From Nemertoderma westbladi (taxonomy: Eukaryota > Animalia > Xenacoelomorpha), in NCBI GenBank assembly GCA_032718475.1, contig JAUCBJ010000598.1, positions 1 to 53,905 on the forward strand: a DNA stretch of 53,905 nt. The letters are read 5' to 3'. The notes beneath the pieces were generated by a model that had not been told where the DNA came from, made no database searches, and worked only from the letters and a program-made list of their open reading frames with translations. Below are positions 27,323 to 40,400 of this stretch, one piece after another. The position numbers were made by a program, and so were the translations under genes. How positions within the stretch are numbered: position 1 is the stretch's first letter; each line of letters begins with the position of its first letter.

Positions 27323-27419
27323 CTATGGAACAACATATGGAGGTGATAACAGACAATGGAATCTAATAACTACTCTATACAGTCAATGATGGCAGATAAT
27401 ATTATCAAAATATAAATAT

Positions 27420-27552
27420 ACAGATGAAAGCTCGGGTTGGGCTGGGCTGCAGCATTTAGAACACTGTGCCGAAACAGTGCTGCCCCATCTAGGGATCGAA
27501 CCAGGGCCTCCTAATTGGAAACCAAGGAATGTCACCACTAGACCAAGCTGGA
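27420..27552 (-). mobile_element. tRNA-derived SINE or tRNA pseudogene
   Basis: Head at 27552-27481 with A box TGGTCTAGTGG and B box GGTTCGATCC at tRNA-like spacing; acceptor and anticodon stems are poor. Confidence 0.65.
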
Positions 27553-28118
27553 ATACTTTGGTAATACCAGTAATTTAAACAGAATCTTGGATGACCAAAT
27601 CTATAAGCGACTGAAGCGAAAAAATTTAATCGCCACCAAGAGGGATTCGAAGCGGCGACGTCTGCCAATAAACTTACTTCCTTTCACTACATATACGGTC
27701 GATAGGGGGAACTTTCGACGCATTCTACACCCCCCAGGGGAAAAACGACGCAATAAAACAGCTGATATCTCCCATGTACTGTAACCTGTTCTGTTAACTT
27801 TAGTTTATTGTTTTGGTTAGAATAACGTGTCACTGTAACCAGCTCCTTAGTTGCAAACTATTCAACATATCCAGCCATCAGTATAGTTTTTAGCAACATA
27901 TAGTTATTTTTCGCTTCAATTGAGACTATAGTATTTGTCAACCAGTAATTAAAACAAAAGGTAATTAATTGGCAGTAACAATTTGCATTAATATTAATTG
28001 AATCAGTAATCAGTAGATCAAATCGAACCAATAAATGACTAAATGAATCAGTTTTTAACAATATCAAATTGGGCCAGAATATCTATAACTGAACCAGTAC
28101 AATGATGATCCCACTCAC

Positions 28119-28262
28119 ACCACCGGTACAAAATAAACAAAAACTCATATTGGAAACAACGGAAAACTCCTTACTATCAGCTGTCTGACCCAAACCATCC
28201 TGGTACGTAGAAGCGGTTAACTGATTCATTAACAAATTCGGAGGAAGAAAACCTTGAAGAAA
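28119..28262 (-). CDS. Putative RAVER-like exon 6 (donor uncertain)
   Basis: TTTTTAG acceptor; FLQGFLPPNLLMNQLTAS…; phase-0 donor GTGAGT at 28118. Confidence 0.45.
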
Positions 28263-28516
28263 CTAAAAACACGAGAAACGCAGTTAAACAAATTATAAAT
28301 GTTATAAAGGGAGGAGGCGTATATTTAATTAAATGTATAATAAATTAATTACACAATTAAAGGATGTAAGATAGCTGATGTATTAATGACAACATCATGC
28401 CAACCCTAAAGCACGGCAGGTTTTTATTGAAATTTACAAATTTGACAGAATATTCCCCCCCCCCCCCCCCATCACAATTTTTTCTACCTTTCTTTTTACC
28501 AAATGTCAATTATTTT

Positions 28517-30836
28517 GGGTCAGAGTAAAACGCGGATCCGGATTCTATCATTTAACATTGTCCCTATGGAAGTCGACTGAATTTACATTTTTAGGGTGTA
28601 ATCTGCGGATCCGTGCACTGCTAAATTTACCGAATCCGTAACCGAGTGTAAAATGCGGATTGGCCTTTTTTTCAGATCCGGAACGGAGTGTAAAGCGCGG
28701 ATTCATGTTTTAGGCTAAATCCTGAACGGAGTGTAAAACGCGGATTCATTTTTCTACTGAATCCGGGATTGGGTGTAAAATACGGATTCAGGTTTATTAC
28801 AAAGTTTTATTAAATCCGGGAAGGGGTGTAAAATGCGGATTCAAGTTAATTACCATGTTTTATTGGATCCGGAATGGAGTGTAAAACGCGGATTCTAGTT
28901 AATTACCAAGTTTTGTTGGATCCGGAATGGAGTGTAAAACACGGATTTTCGTTAATTACCAAGTCTTATTGGATCCGGAATGGAGTGTAAAACACGGATT
29001 TTCGTTAATTACCAAGTCTTATTGGATCCGGAATGGAGTGTAAAACACGGATTTAAGTTAATTATAAGTTTTATTGGATCCGGAATGGAGTGTAAAACAC
29101 GGATTTACGTTAATTATCAAGTTTTGTTGGATCCGGAATGGAGTGTAAAACACGGATTTACGTTAATTACCAAGTTTTATTGGATCCGGAATGGAGTGTA
29201 AAACACGGATTTACGTTAATTACTAAGTTTTATTGGATCCGGAATGGAGTGTAAAACACGGATTTACGTTAATTACCAAGTTTTATTGGATCCGGAACGG
29301 AGTGTAAAACACGGATTTATGTTAAATACCAAGTTTTATTGGATCCGGGAAGGGGTGTAAAACGCAGATTCAAGTTAATTAGTAAGTTTTAATGAACAAT
29401 TTGTAAAACGCATATGCAATAAAGACCCAGACCCTCATCTAGTTACAATTATTAATTAGTGCAATGTTTATTGTTCTTTAGTAACTTTTCTTGGCTTGCT
29501 GACTTTCCTGGTTTTTTTTCTTCTCCGGACTCGGGGTGCACGATGTTTGCGTAGTAAGTTCAAGCGGCTCAACAATGGCTGTATCATTGGTTGGACTCGG
29601 AATAACGAATCCTGTAAATGGAACCTTTACAAAGTCATCACTGTCATCCATGTTTAATAAGAAATTATACTTAACAGTTCAGCCTCCATAAATTAGGAAG
29701 GCAGCACGCTTGCAAGGCCTTAAATAGAGTACGCTATGATGCAGTACAAACTACCGCCAGCTAGGCAGAACAGTGATTCTTGTTTGTAATGGAGGTTGGG
29801 ATGGATAAGCCAATCAGGGAACAGGACAGTAATCCTACCATACAATTGTCTACAGAGCCGCTCTACCAGAGAGGTCACGTTCCCACGGTAGTAGTTTTTC
29901 AGCTAATCAATATCTAATAATGTCTGACGGCCAAACATCACCATCGCCCTTATTAATAATTCATTGGGAAGCATTGACCCCTATTAAGGTGTCCCCCAGA
30001 GCCGGATTAAGCTTATGTGTGGCCCCTAGACATAGACAAATTATTAAGGTGTCTATTAACTATTAAGGTGTCCCCCATTAATGTTTGTGTCCCTCATTAA
30101 TGTGTGTCCCTCATTAATAGTTGTGTCCCTTATTAACAAACTCAGTAATTAACGTAAATCCGCATTTTACACCCCTTCCCGGATCCAGTAACACTTTGTA
30201 ATTAACCTGAATCAATCCGCGTTTTACACCCCTTCCCGGATCTAGTAACACTTGGTAAATAAATTGAATCCGCGTTTTACACCCCTTCCCGGATCCATTA
30301 AAACTTGGTAATTAACGAAAATCCGTGTTTTACACTCCATTCCGGATCCAACAAAACTTGGTAATTAACGAAAATCCGCGTTTTACACTCCATTCCGGAT
30401 CCAACAAAACTTGGTAATTAACGAAAATCCGTGTTTTACACTCCATTCCGGATCCAATAAAACTTGGTAATTAACGTAAATCCGTGTTTTACACTCCATT
30501 CCGGATCCAACAAAACTTGGTAATTAACGAAAATCCGTGTTTTACACTCCATTCCGGATCCAACAAAACTTGGTAATTAACTTGAAATCCGTGTTTTACA
30601 CTCCATTCCGGATCCAATAAAACTTAGTAATTAACGTAAATCCGTGTTTTACACTCCATTCCGGATTCACAAAATATATGAATCCGCGTTTTACACTGCA
30701 ATACGGATTGCGTATTTCAGAATCCGCATATTACACTCAGTTACGGATTGTATGTAAATCCGGATCCGCCTTTTACACTCGCAAATCCGGGTCCTGATCC
30801 GGATCCTGAATCCGGATCCGCGTTTTACACCTGCCC
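28517..30836. mobile_element. Foldback/MULE-like element with arms made of 53-bp tandem repeats
   Basis: Termini GGG…GTAAAACGCGGATCCGGATTC in inverted orientation. 53-bp units at ~28810-29390 and, inverted, ~30145-30665. 9-bp TSD AATTATTTT at 28508-28516 and 30837-30845. Confidence 0.9.
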
Positions 30837-30857
30837 AATTATTTTCTCATTATTATA

Positions 30858-31444
30858 CACCATGTCCTGGAATATAGGTGTCGTTATTCTGGTACCTGCC
30901 CCCCCCCCCCCCCACCCCCCAATTTTTTCTACAAATTTTAATAAGATCGCATGAAATTTGAAACATATAGTTTTACCTCACTCCCCCTTGCTGGGTGAGC
31001 CAGACGTTTTATTTTTGCTTTCACCCTGTTCAACCTTACAATCTTTCAATCTTTAAAGCTAAAAGGCGCGTCTAAAAAGGGTTTCTACGTCGATATTGCA
31101 ATAGTTCAACGTTATAGTGATTCGTTGTAAAATAGCCGAGATATTGGCATCCGTAAGTTGCATGTATTTGCTTCCTATGCAGGCCATTTATTCTATATAA
31201 CAAATACGGTACTTAAATATTCTGAAACTTTTTGCCTATCTATTACGCAGCTGGGCAACACAATAGCTAAAGATTGAAAGCGAAAATAACAATTGAGGCT
31301 CACGCACTACGGACGAGGTAGGGAAAACTATCTCTGTTTCAAATTACATGAAATCTCATTAAATTTGTAGAAAAATTAGGGGAGGGGGGTGGGGGCTGGT
31401 ATCTGAATAACGACAGTAACGACACTATATTCCAGGACATGATG
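30858..31444. mobile_element. TA-flanked MITE (Tc1/mariner-like ends); a third, solo arm ends at 32071
   Basis: CACCATGTCCTGGAATATAG…poly-C…TTTTCTACAAATTT with an inverted copy ending CTATATTCCAGGACATGATG; TA on both sides. Confidence 0.7.
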
Positions 31445-31524
31445 TACGTACGTACACGTGTAAGCATCAGAACACAACATAACGTACCGGTACACAAAAG
31501 TAGTAAGTTAATTGGAATACATAC

Positions 31525-31740
31525 CGGTATCCCCTGTGGGGCTCCAGACTGGGCGACTTTCTGCATCATCCGACTGTAGGTGTTCCGTCCGCTGTGACCC
31601 GGAGTTATAAAGCTCACTTTGATTGGTCGCCCACCCAACACGCACCCGTTCAACTTCAACCACGTCAATTCGCACTTCTCTGGTGTCTCATAGGCAACTA
31701 TAGCGAAACCTTTGGGACGTCCGTCTTGTCCAATGGCGAG
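31525..31740 (-). CDS. RAVER1: RAVER-like coding exon 5 (RRM3)
   Basis: LAIGQDGRPKGFAIVAYETPE…SGAPQGIP; CAG acceptor and GTATGT donor, phase 0 to 0. Confidence 0.88.
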
Positions 31741-32115
31741 CTGGCGAATAAATGGGTATATTGTTCTAATGCACAATTTGGAATCCTTGCAATGCAAGCT
31801 TTTTAATGGTATGTAAAAGTTACGACAAATGCGAGGAATGGCCACGATACTGAGGGTGCGATTTCGCAAAAGACGCTTTTTTAAAACGCTTATAAATAAA
31901 ATTGAAAGGCAAAATCGAAAAATCCGGCTTCATGGTAACAACCACGGTGAGTTTGTCTAGTTGTGTTTCAAATTTCAAGCAATATGATAAAGATTTGTAG
32001 AAAAATCTGGGGGGGGGGGGGGGGGGGGGTCCGTGTCATCAGAAAATGACACTATATTACGGGACATGGTGTATATTCATTATGGCATATCACATCAATG
32101 CGACATGGCATGTCG

Positions 32116-33984
32116 CAAGATTATAGTAAACGTACATTAAACGTACAAGATTACAGTAAACGTACAGTAAACGTACAAGATTACAGTAAACGTACAGTAA
32201 ACGTACAAGATTACAGTAAACGTACAAGATTACAGTAAACGTACAATAAACGTACAAGATTACGGTAAACGTACAATAAACGTACAAGATTACAGTAAAC
32301 GTACATTAAACGTACAATATTACAGTAAACGTACAATAAACGTACAAGATTACAGTAAACGTACAAGATTATAGTAAACGTACAATAAACGTACAAGATT
32401 ACAGTAAACGTACAAGATTACAGTAAACGTACAAGATTATAGTAAACGTACAATAAACGTACAAGATTACAGTAAACGTACATTAAACGTACAAGATTAT
32501 AGTAAACGTACAGTAAACGTACAATAAACGTACAAGATTACAGTAAACGTACAAGATTATAGTAAACGTACAATAAACGTACAAGATTACAGTAAACGTA
32601 CATTAAACGTACAAGATTACAGTAAACGTACAATAAACGTACAAGATTACAGTAAACGTACAAGATTACAGTAAACGTACATTAAACGTACAAGATTATA
32701 GTAAACGTACAGTAAACGTACAAGATTACAGTAAACGTACAAGATTACAGTAAACGTACAAGATTATAGTAAACGTACAATAAACGTACAAGATTACAGT
32801 AAACGTACATTAAACGTACAAGATTACAGTAAACGTACATTAAACGTACAAGATTACAGTAAACGTACAATAAACGTACAAGATTACAGTAAACGTACAA
32901 GATTACAGTAAACGTACATTAAACGTACAAGATTACAGTAAACGTACATTAAACGTACAAGATTATAGTAAACGTACATTAAACGTACAAGATTATAGTA
33001 AACGTACAATAAACGTACAAGATTACAGTAAACGTACAAGATTACAGTAAACGTACATTAAACGTACAAGATTATAGTAAACGTACAGTAAACGTACAAT
33101 AAACGTACAAGATTACAGTAAACGTACAAGATTACAGTAAACGTACATTAAACGTACAAGATTATAGTAAACGTACAGTAAACGTACAATAAACGTACAA
33201 GATTACAGTAAACGTACAAGATTATAGTAAACGTACAATAAACGTACAAGATTACAGTAAACGTACATTAAACGTACAAGATTACAGTAAACGTACAATA
33301 AACGTACAGTAAACGTACAATAAACGTACAAGATTACAGTAAACGTACAAGATTACAGTAAACGTACATTAAACGTACAAGATTATAGTAAACGTACATT
33401 AAACGTACAAGATTATAGTAAACGTACAATAAACGTACAAGATTACAGTAAACGTACAAGATTACAGTAAACGTACAGTAAACGTACAAGATTACAGTAA
33501 ACGTACAGTAAACGTACAAGATTACAGTAAACGTACAAGATTACAGTAAACGTACAAGATTACAGTAAACGTACAGTAAACGTACAAGATTACAGTAAAC
33601 GTACAGTAAACGTACAAGATTACAGTAAACGTACAATAAACGTACAAGATTACAGTAAACGTACAATAAACGTACAAGATTACAGTAAACGTACAATAAA
33701 CGTACAAGATTACAGTAAACGTACAATAAACGTACAAGATTATAGTAAACGTACAATAAACGTACAAGATTACAGTAAACGTACAAGATTACAGTAAACG
33801 TACAATAAACGTACAAGATTACAGTAAACGTACAAGATTACAGTAAACGTACAGTAAACGTACAAGATTACAGTAAACGTACAATAAACGTACAAGATTA
33901 CAGTAAACGTACAATAAACGTACAAGATTACAGTAAACGTACAATAAACGTACAAGATTACAGTAAACGTACAATAAACGTACA
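32116..33984. repeat. Compound intronic minisatellite of 11-bp and 19-bp modules
   Basis: ACA(G/A/T)TAAACGT and ACAAGATT+ACAGTAAACGT in mixed order, often as a 30-bp pair. Confidence 0.96.
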
Positions 33985-34017
33985 TTCAGCAGCACCGAGG
34001 TTCCGATATATCCCTAC

Positions 34018-34250
34018 CTGGCAGTATCGAGGTTCCGCTACTTTACTGAACACCTGGCGGAACCTCTGGGAATCCCGGAAGTCGTCCGGTAGGTCGACAT
34101 GCAGACAGGTGGAACCCAGCTTCTCCCAGCGGGCGTGGTTATCGTCGGCCCAATCACAACGCAGTGTGTGCGACGCCACCTTGTGGTTGTTAAGGTTAGG
34201 TTTCGCTTTGCGAGCCTGATCTTTAGTGGCGTATTCAACGAAACCGTAGC
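34018..34250 (-). CDS. RAVER1: RAVER-like coding exon 4 (RRM2 RNP1 through RRM3)
   Basis: CATAG acceptor completes KG-YGFVEY; ends …AEPRYCQ with donor CAG|GTAGGG, phase 1 to 0. Confidence 0.9.
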
Positions 34251-34417
34251 CTATGGGAATATTAGTAAATAAACAACCAGACTAGAAAGATACATCAGAA
34301 TTAATGAATGTGGTTGGTAATGTTATGAAGTCACTGTCACTTTAAACCGACAAAAGTGTAGCAAAAACTTTAAATGTTCATATCGTTTGATTGCGTGTAC
34401 GAAATTCTACAATTTTG

Positions 34418-37400
34418 CTCACTAACCTTTACCGTGGCCCATAGCCTCACTAACATTTACCGTGGCCCGTAGCCTCACTAACCTTTACCGTGGCCCGTAG
34501 CCTCACTAACATTTACCGTGGCCCGTAGCCTCACTAACCTTTACCGTGGCCCGTAGCCTCACTAACCTTTACCGTGGCCCGTAGCCTCACTAACCTTTAC
34601 CGTGGCCCGTAGCCTCACTAACCTTTACCGTGGCCCGTAGCCTCACTAACCTTTACCGTGGCCAGTAGCCTCACTAACCTTTACCGTGGCCCGTAGCCTC
34701 ACTAACCTTTACCGTGGCTCGTAGCCTCACTAACCTTTACCGTGGCCCGTAGCCTCACTAACCTTTACCGTGGCCCGTAGCCTCACTAACCTTTACCGTG
34801 GCCCGTAGCCTCACTAACCTTTACCGTGGCCCGTAGCCTCACTAACCTTTACCGTGGCCCGTAGCCTCACTAACCTTTACCGTGGCCCGTAGCCTCACTA
34901 ACCTTTACCGTGGCCCGTAGCCTCACTAACCTTTACCGTGGCCCGTAGCCTCACTAACCTTTACCGTGGCCCGTAGCCTCACTAACCTTTACCGTGGCCC
35001 GTAGCCTCACTAACCTTTACCGTGGCCCGTAGCCTCACTAACCTTTACCGTGGCCCGTAGCCTCACTAACCTTTACCGTGGCCCGTAGCCTCACTAACCT
35101 TTACCGTGGCCCGTAGCCTCACTAACCTTTACCGTGGCCCGTAGCCTCACTAACCTTTACCGTGGCCCGTAGCCTCACTAACATTTACCGTGGCCCGTAG
35201 CCTCACTAACCTTTACCGTGGCCCGTAGCCTCACTAACCTTTACCGTGGCCCGTAGCCTCACTAACCTTTACCGTGGCCCGTAGCCTCACTAACCTTTAC
35301 CGTGGCCCGTAGCCTCACTAACCTTTACCGTGGCCCGTAGCCTCACTAACCTTTACCGTGGCCCGTAGCCTCACTAACCTTTACCGTGGCCCGTAGCCTC
35401 ACTAACCTTTACCGTGGCCCGTAGCCTCACTAACCTTTACCGTGGCCCGTAGCCTCACTAACCTTTACCGTGGCCCGTAGCCTCACTAACCTTTACCGTG
35501 GCCCGTAGCCTCACTAACCTTTACCGTGGCCCGTAGCCTCACTAACCTTTACCGTGGCCCGTAGCCTCACTAACCTTTACCGTGGCCCGTAGCCTCACTA
35601 ACCTTTACCGTGGCCCGTAGCCTCACTAACCTTTACCGTGGCCCGTAGCCTCACTAACCTTTACCGTGGCCCGTAGCCTCACTAACCTTTACCGTGGCCC
35701 GTAGCCTCACTAACCTTTACCGTGGCCCGTAGCCTCACTAACCTTTACCGTGGCCCGTAGCCTCACTAACCTTTACCGTGGCCCGTAGCCTCACTAACCT
35801 TTACCGTGGCCCGTAGCCTCACTAACCTTTACCGTGGCCCGTAGCCTCACTAACCTTTACCGTGGCCCGTAGCCTCACTAACCTTTACCGTGGCCCGTAG
35901 CCTCACTAACCTTTACCGTGGCCCGTAGCCTCACTAACCTTTACCGTGGCCCGTAGCCTCACTAACCTTTACCGTGGCCCGTAGCCTCACTAACCTTTAC
36001 CGTGGCCCGTAGCCTCACTAACCTTTACCGTGGCCCGTAGCCTCACTAACCTTTACCGTGGCCCGTAGCCTCACTAACCTTTACCGTGGCCCGTAGCCTC
36101 ACTAACCTTTACCGTGGCCCGTAGCCTCACTAACCTTTACCGTGGCCCGTAGCCTCACTAACCTTTACCGTGGCCCGTAGCCTCACTAACCTTTACCGTG
36201 GCCCGTAGCCTCACTAACCTTTACCGTGGCCCGTAGCCTCACTAACCTTTACCGTGGCCCGTAGCCTCACTAACCTTTACCGTGGCCCGTAGCCTCACTA
36301 ACCTTTACCGTGGCCCGTAGCCTCACTAACCTTTACCGTGGCCCGTAGCCTCACTAACCTTTACCGTGGCCCGTAGCCTCACTAACCTTTACCGTGGCCC
36401 GTAGCCTCACTAACCTTTACCATGGCCGTAGCCTCACTAACCTTTACCGTGGCCCGTAGCCTCACTAACCTTTACCGTGGCCCGTAGCCTCACTAACCTT
36501 TACCGTGGCCCGTAGCCTCACTAACCTTTACCGTGGCCGTAGCCTCACTAACCTTTACCGTGGCCCGTAGCCTCACTAACCTTTACCGTGGCCCGTAGCC
36601 TCACTAACATTTACCGTGGCCCGTAGCCTCACTAACCTTTACCGTGGCCCGTAGCCTCACTAACCTTTACCGTGGCCCGTAGCCTCACTAACCTTTACCG
36701 TGGCCCGTAGCCTCACTAACCTTTACCGTGGCCCGTAGCCTCACTAACCTTTACCGTGGCCCGTAGCCTCACTAACCTTTACCGTGGCCCGTAGCCTCAC
36801 TAACCTTTACCGTGGCCCGTAGCCTCACTAACCTTTACCGTGGCCCGTAGCCTCACTAACCTTTACCGTGGCCCGTAGCCTCACTAACCTTTACCGTGGC
36901 CCGTAGCCTCACTAACCTTTACCGTGGCCCGTAGCCTCACTAACCTTTACCGTGGCCCGTAGCCTCACTAACCTTTACCGTGGCCCGTAGCCTCACTAAC
37001 CTTTACCGTGGCCCGTAGCCTCACTAACCTTTACCGTGGCCCGTAGCCTCACTAACCTTTTCCGTGGCCCGTAGCCTCACTCATCTTTACCGTGGCCCGT
37101 AGCCTCACTAACCTTTACCGTGGCCCGTAGCCTCACTAACCTTTACCGTGGCCCGTAGCCTCACTAACCTTTACCGTGGCCCGTAGCCTCACTAACCTTT
37201 ACCGTGGCCGTAGCCTCACTAACCTTTACCGTGGCCCGTAGCCTCACTAACCTTTACCGTGGCCCGTAGCCTCACTATCCATTACCGTGGCCCGTAGCCT
37301 CACTAACCTTTACCGTGGCCCGTAGCCTCACTAACCTTTACCGTGGCCCGTAGCCTCACTAACCTTTACCGTGGCCCGTAGCCTCACTAACCTTTACCGT

Positions 37401-40400
37401 GGCCCGTAGCCTCACTAACCTTTACCGTGGCCCGTAGCCTCACTAACCTTTACCGTGGCCCGTAGCCTCACTAACCTTTACCGTGGCCCGTGGCCTCACT
37501 AACCTTTACCGTGGCCCGTATCCTCACTAACCTTTACCGTGGCCCGTAGCCTCACTATCCATTACCGTGGCCAGTAGCCTCACTAACATTTACCGTGGCC
37601 CGTAGCCTCACTAACCTTTACCGTGGCCCGTAGCCTCACTAACCTTTACCGTGGCCCGTAGCCTCACTAACCTTTACCGTGGCCCGTAGCCTCACTAACC
37701 TTTACCGTGGCCCGTAGCCTCACTAACCTTTACCGTGGCCCGTAGCCTCACTAACCTTTACCGTGGCCCGTAGCCTCACTAACCTTTACCGTGGCCCGTA
37801 GCCTCACTAACCTTTACCGTGGCCCGTAGCCTCACTAACCTTTACCGTGGCCCGTATCCTCACTAACCTTTACCGTGGCCCGTAGCCTCACTAACCTTTA
37901 CCGTGGCCCGTAGCCTCACTAACCTTTACCGTGGCCCGTAGCCTCACTAACCTTTACCGTGGCCCGTAGCCTCACTAACCTTTACCGTGGCCCGTAGCCT
38001 CACTAACCTTTACCGTGGCCCGTAGCCTCACTAACCATTTACCGTGGCCCGTAGCCTCACTAACCTTTACCGTGGCCCGTAGCCTCACTAACCTTTACCG
38101 TGGCCCGTAGCCTCACTAACCTTTACCGTGGCCCGTAGCCTCACTAACCTTTACCGTGGCCCGTAGCCTCACTAACCTTTACCGTGGCCCGTAGCCTCAC
38201 TAACCTTTACCGTGGCCCGTAGCCTCACTAACCTTTACCGTGGCCCGTAGCCTCACTAACCTTTACCGTGGCCCGTAGCCTCACTAACCTTTACCGTGGC
38301 CCGTAGCCTCACTAACCTTTACCGTGGCCCGTAGCCTCACTAACCTTTACCGTGGCCCGTGGCCTCACTAACCTTTACCGTGGCCCGTATCCTCACTAAC
38401 CTTTACCGTGGCCCGTAGCCTCACTATCCATTACCGTGGCCAGTAGCCTCACTAACATTTACCGTGGCCCGTAGCCTCACTAACATTTACCGTGGCCCGT
38501 AGCCTCACTAACCTTTACCGTGGCCCGTAGCCTCACTAACATTTACCGTGGCCCGTAGCCTCACTAACCTTTACCGTGGCCCGTAGCCTCACTAACCTTT
38601 ACCGTGGCCCGTAGCCGCACTAACCTTTTCCGTGGCCCGTAGTCTCACTCATCTTTACCGTGGCCCGTAACCTCACTAACCTTTACCGTGGCCCGTAGCC
38701 TCACTAACCTTTTCCGTGGCCCGTAGTCTCACTCATCTTTACCGTGGCCCGTAACCTCACTAACCTTTACCGTGGCCCGTAGCCTCACTAACCTTTACCG
38801 TGGCCCGTAGCCTCACTAACATTTACCGTGGCCCGTAGCCTCACTAACATTTACCGTGGCCCGTAGCCTCACTAACCTTTACCGTGGCCCGTAGCCTCAC
38901 TAACCTTTACCGTGGCCCGTAGCCTCACTAACCTTTACCGTGGCCCGTAGCCGCACTAACCTTTTCCGTGGCCCGTAGTCTCACTCATCTTTACCGTGGC
39001 CCGTAGCCTCACTAACATTTACCGTGGCCCGTAGCCTCACTAACATTTACCGTGGCCCGTAGCCTCACTAACATTTACCGTGGCCCGTAGCCTCACTAAC
39101 CTTTACCGTGGCCCGTAGCCTCACTAACATTTACCGTGGCCCGTAGCCTCACTAACCTTTACCGTGGCCCGTAGCCTCACTAACCTTTACCATGGCCCGT
39201 AGCCTCACTAACCTTTACCGTGGCCCGTAGCCTCACTAACCTTTACCGTGGCCCGTAGCCTCACTAACATTTACCGTGGCCCGTAGCCTCACTAACCTTT
39301 ACCGTGGCCCGTAGCCTCACTAACCTTTACCGTGGCCCGTAGCCGCACTAACCTTTTCCGTGGCCCGTAGTCTCACTCATCTTTACCGTGGCCCGTAACC
39401 TCACTAACCTTTACCGTGGCCCGTAGCCTCACTAACCTTTTCCGTGGCCCGTAGTCTCACTCATCTTTACCGTGGCCCGTAACCTCACTAACCTTTACCG
39501 TGGCCCGTAGCCTCACTAACCTTTACCGTGGCCCGTAGCCTCACTAACCTTTACCGTGGCCGTAGCCTCACTAACCTTTACCGTGGCCAGTATCCTCACT
39601 AACCTTTACCGTGGCCCGTAGCCTCACTAACCTTTACCGTGGCCCGTAGCCTCACTAACCTTTACCGTGGCCCGTAGCCTCACTAACCTTTACCGTGGCC
39701 CGTAGCCTCACTAACCTTTACCGTGGCCCGTAGCCTCACTAACCTTTACCGTGGCCCGTAGCCTCACTAACCTTTACCGTGGCCCGTAGCCTCACTAACA
39801 TTTACCGTGGCCCGTAGCCTCACTAACCTTTACCGTGGCCCGTAGCCTCACTAACATTTACCGTGGCCCGTAGCCTCACTAACATTTACCGTGGCCCGTA
39901 GCCTCACTAACCTTTACCGTGGCCCGTATCCTCACTAACCTTTACCGTAGCCCGTAGCCTCACTAACCTTTACCGTGGCCCGTAGCCTCACTAACCTTTA
40001 CCGTGGCCCGTAGCCTCACTAACCTTTACCGTGGCCCGTAGCCTCACTAACCTTTACCGTGGCCCGTAGCCTCACTAACATTTACCGTGGCCCGTAGCCT
40101 CACTAACCTTTACCGTGGCCCGTAGCCTCACTAACATTTACCGTGGCCCGTAGCCTCACTAACATTTACCGTGGCCCGTAGCCTCACTAACCTTTACCGT
40201 GGCCCGTAGCCTCACTAACCTTTACCGTGGCCCGTAACCTCACTAACCTTTACCGTGGCCCGTAGCCTCACTAACCTTTACCGTGGCCCGTAGCCTCACT
40301 AACCTTTACCGTGGCCCGTAGCCTCACTAACCTTTACCGTGGCCCGTAGCCTCACTAACCTTTACCGTGGCCCGTAGCCTCACTAACCTTTACCGTGGCC

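Noticed and set aside
27481-27552. Functional tRNA gene
   Set aside because: A and B boxes are present, but the acceptor and anticodon stems do not pair well; treated as a SINE head or pseudogene.
32090-33985. Hydrophobic ORFs (YVYCTFTVIL, YVYCNLVRLL)
   Set aside because: Artefacts of the intronic 11/19-bp minisatellite.
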